In this document: piece after piece, positions 62,422-63,997 of the stretch
Position numbering within the stretch: the first letter of the stretch is position 1
Layout: each line of letters starts with the position of its first letter
Assembly (NCBI GenBank): GCA_051294375.1
Contig: CM119263.1
Coordinates: 18,810,631 to 18,874,627 of the forward strand
Reading direction: 5' to 3'
DNA: 63,997 nt
Origin: Paraspadella gotoi
Taxonomy: Eukaryota > Animalia > Chaetognatha
Position numbers and translations under genes: made by a program
Notes under the pieces: model-generated
The model's database searches: none
Told to the model about the DNA's origin: nothing
Seen by the model: only the letters and a program-made list of their open reading frames with translations

Positions 62422-62668
62422 ATTTCCGTCGTGAAGCCTCACACCCCAAACGCTCGTTCTTCGTTACGACATCCCTAAAACTCCTATTAGAGGTGAGTGT
62501 GAACGTAACTTCGACTCAGACTTTGCGCTAATCTTCAGGATTTTTAACAAATCAGTTGCAAATCGAAGCGCCGCAGTGATGGGCCTCTCGGCAGAAAATG
62601 ACCCATTGCACTTCTTCTTGACCTCTTTGGACGAAACTAACAAAAAATGGGCTGGCAAATGCCTAAAA
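62422..62668 (+). CDS. Two candidate exons separated by a ~46-nt intron; product unknown
   Basis: ttttag acceptor at ~62421; donor GAG/GTGAGT at ~62493; branch-like CTAAT and TTCAG acceptor at ~62538; possible donor gttagt at ~62669. The joined frame DFRREASHPKRSFFVTTSLKLLLE-DFNKSVANRSAAVMGLSAENDPLHFFLTSLDETNKKWAGKCLK needs one homopolymer correction. Confidence 0.3.
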
Positions 62669-63997
62669 GTTAGTGATCCTGTGGCATTCTACTGGGCATC
62701 TCTTTTGCGAGTCTTTTTTGTTTACGTTTATTTTTTGAGATGCTTCGATGTTGAACCATTTTACAAAAAACACTTTTATTTTCCTCATAATTTTTAGTCA
62801 GGTGTTAAACAAATTTTTCTCTGTAATGTCTTTAATATTATTTGGTTCTCCCCGACCACGTTGCTTGGAAGCGATAGAAATGTTCATATTTTTGAAATCT
62901 CACGGACCACTCGTAGTTAAATAATTCTATACATATAACAAGTTGTTCCTAAATTGTTCTTCTTGACTGGGTTTCGATTTCTTTTATGCCTGGGATATCT
63001 CCTTCCATTTCCTTCGATCTGTTCTCCTTATTCTTCCTCATTCCTTATTCTCCTCCGCAGCACTCTTTGCAAGGAAGGCTTCGGTTTCCGCTGATCAACC
63101 GTCCCTCGTGAGACGTGAAAGCGTGAGCTTCGCCTGTGAATTGAAAATAGAATCCAACAAACAGAGTCTCCGCTGTTGAATCGTGAGACGGAAAATCGCA
63201 GAGGGGGAGACAAAGCGAAAGTTGCTCCGATCTCAAAGGATTCTCTGCCTTTTAGACCGAGGACGCGGGAGTCAGCGTGCGCTCGGCGGCGCGACGCGGA
63301 CTGAAGGGCTTGGACGTTACTCCGCGCCTCCAAAATGTAAATCCTTAAATCCGCAACGGAGTGTGGTGTAAATCCTGAGCAGCGAGCACGCAAATTTCGT
63401 CGGATTCTTTTGACCTTTCGACTAAAGGGGTAAATAACAGTCGGTGCTTTGCTCCTGGTTCGTCGGCCGGTTGTGTCGTCTCATTCTGTCGTTGTTGTTA
63501 GGTTTCGTGTTGCCAACTCGTATGTGTCTTTCAAGTTTTTCTCTTTTTTCTTATCGGTCGATTACAAGGAAATGACGGACGCAGACTGTTTTGTTTTTTT
63601 TTCGAACTCGGGGCCGTTATTATCGCGGCTGACACAGAGCAACGATCCGTTATCAAGTCGGTCCTGGAGAGTCTTGACTTATTCGTCGTCGGTCCTTGTC
63701 TCTATTTCTTGTTCTTGAGTTGGTTTGGCCTGCGGGAACTGACCTAGAACTTTCGGATTTGTCCTTCGCATCTCTTGCATTGATTCATAGGGGCCCTTTT
63801 GACGTGTCTTGTTCGGGCATCATCTTCTTGTCTTCCCGTCGTTCGTCGTCGTTCGCGTCGCTCGCCGTGGTTTATCGGCATCATCGTTGTCGGTCGTCGC
63901 GCTAAACGAGGCGATTTAGTCGGGATCGTTTCGATTAGCGAGAAGCAAATTCCGATTTCGCAAAAAAGAAACCGCCATAAGAAAAACAAAAGAAGAA

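Overview
Eukaryotic, probably invertebrate, genomic DNA from a rough draft assembly. It is AT-rich with dense (AG)n, (GTC)n and (TTTC)n microsatellites, short GT-AG intron-like segments, many indel errors and seven N gaps, four of exactly 25 N. Much of the window is redundant: 1-1778 repeats about 8471-10520, 9917-17368 is repeated directly at 17411-25261, and 28788 to about 37865 is mirrored at about 38647-48552. These duplications mostly end at 25-N gaps and partly have raw-read quality, so they are probably gap-filling or haplotype artefacts. The clearest biological signal is a 722-bp non-coding LTR retrotransposon in miniature (TRIM) at 23821-24542. It has two ~255-bp LTRs, a 4-bp AAAG target-site duplication, a PBS-like site and tRNA-type Pol III A/B boxes inside each LTR, which fits the Helenus/Cassandra type. 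The same insertion site in the other copy holds only a solo LTR (16393-16649). A second tRNA-containing element with a similar layout lies at about 53594-53780. Also present are a decayed LINE reverse transcriptase (about 5140-6480), a 1424-codon low-complexity ORF ending in a signal-peptide-like segment and a phase-1 splice donor, a few unidentifiable spliced-exon candidates and several minisatellites. No host gene could be named.
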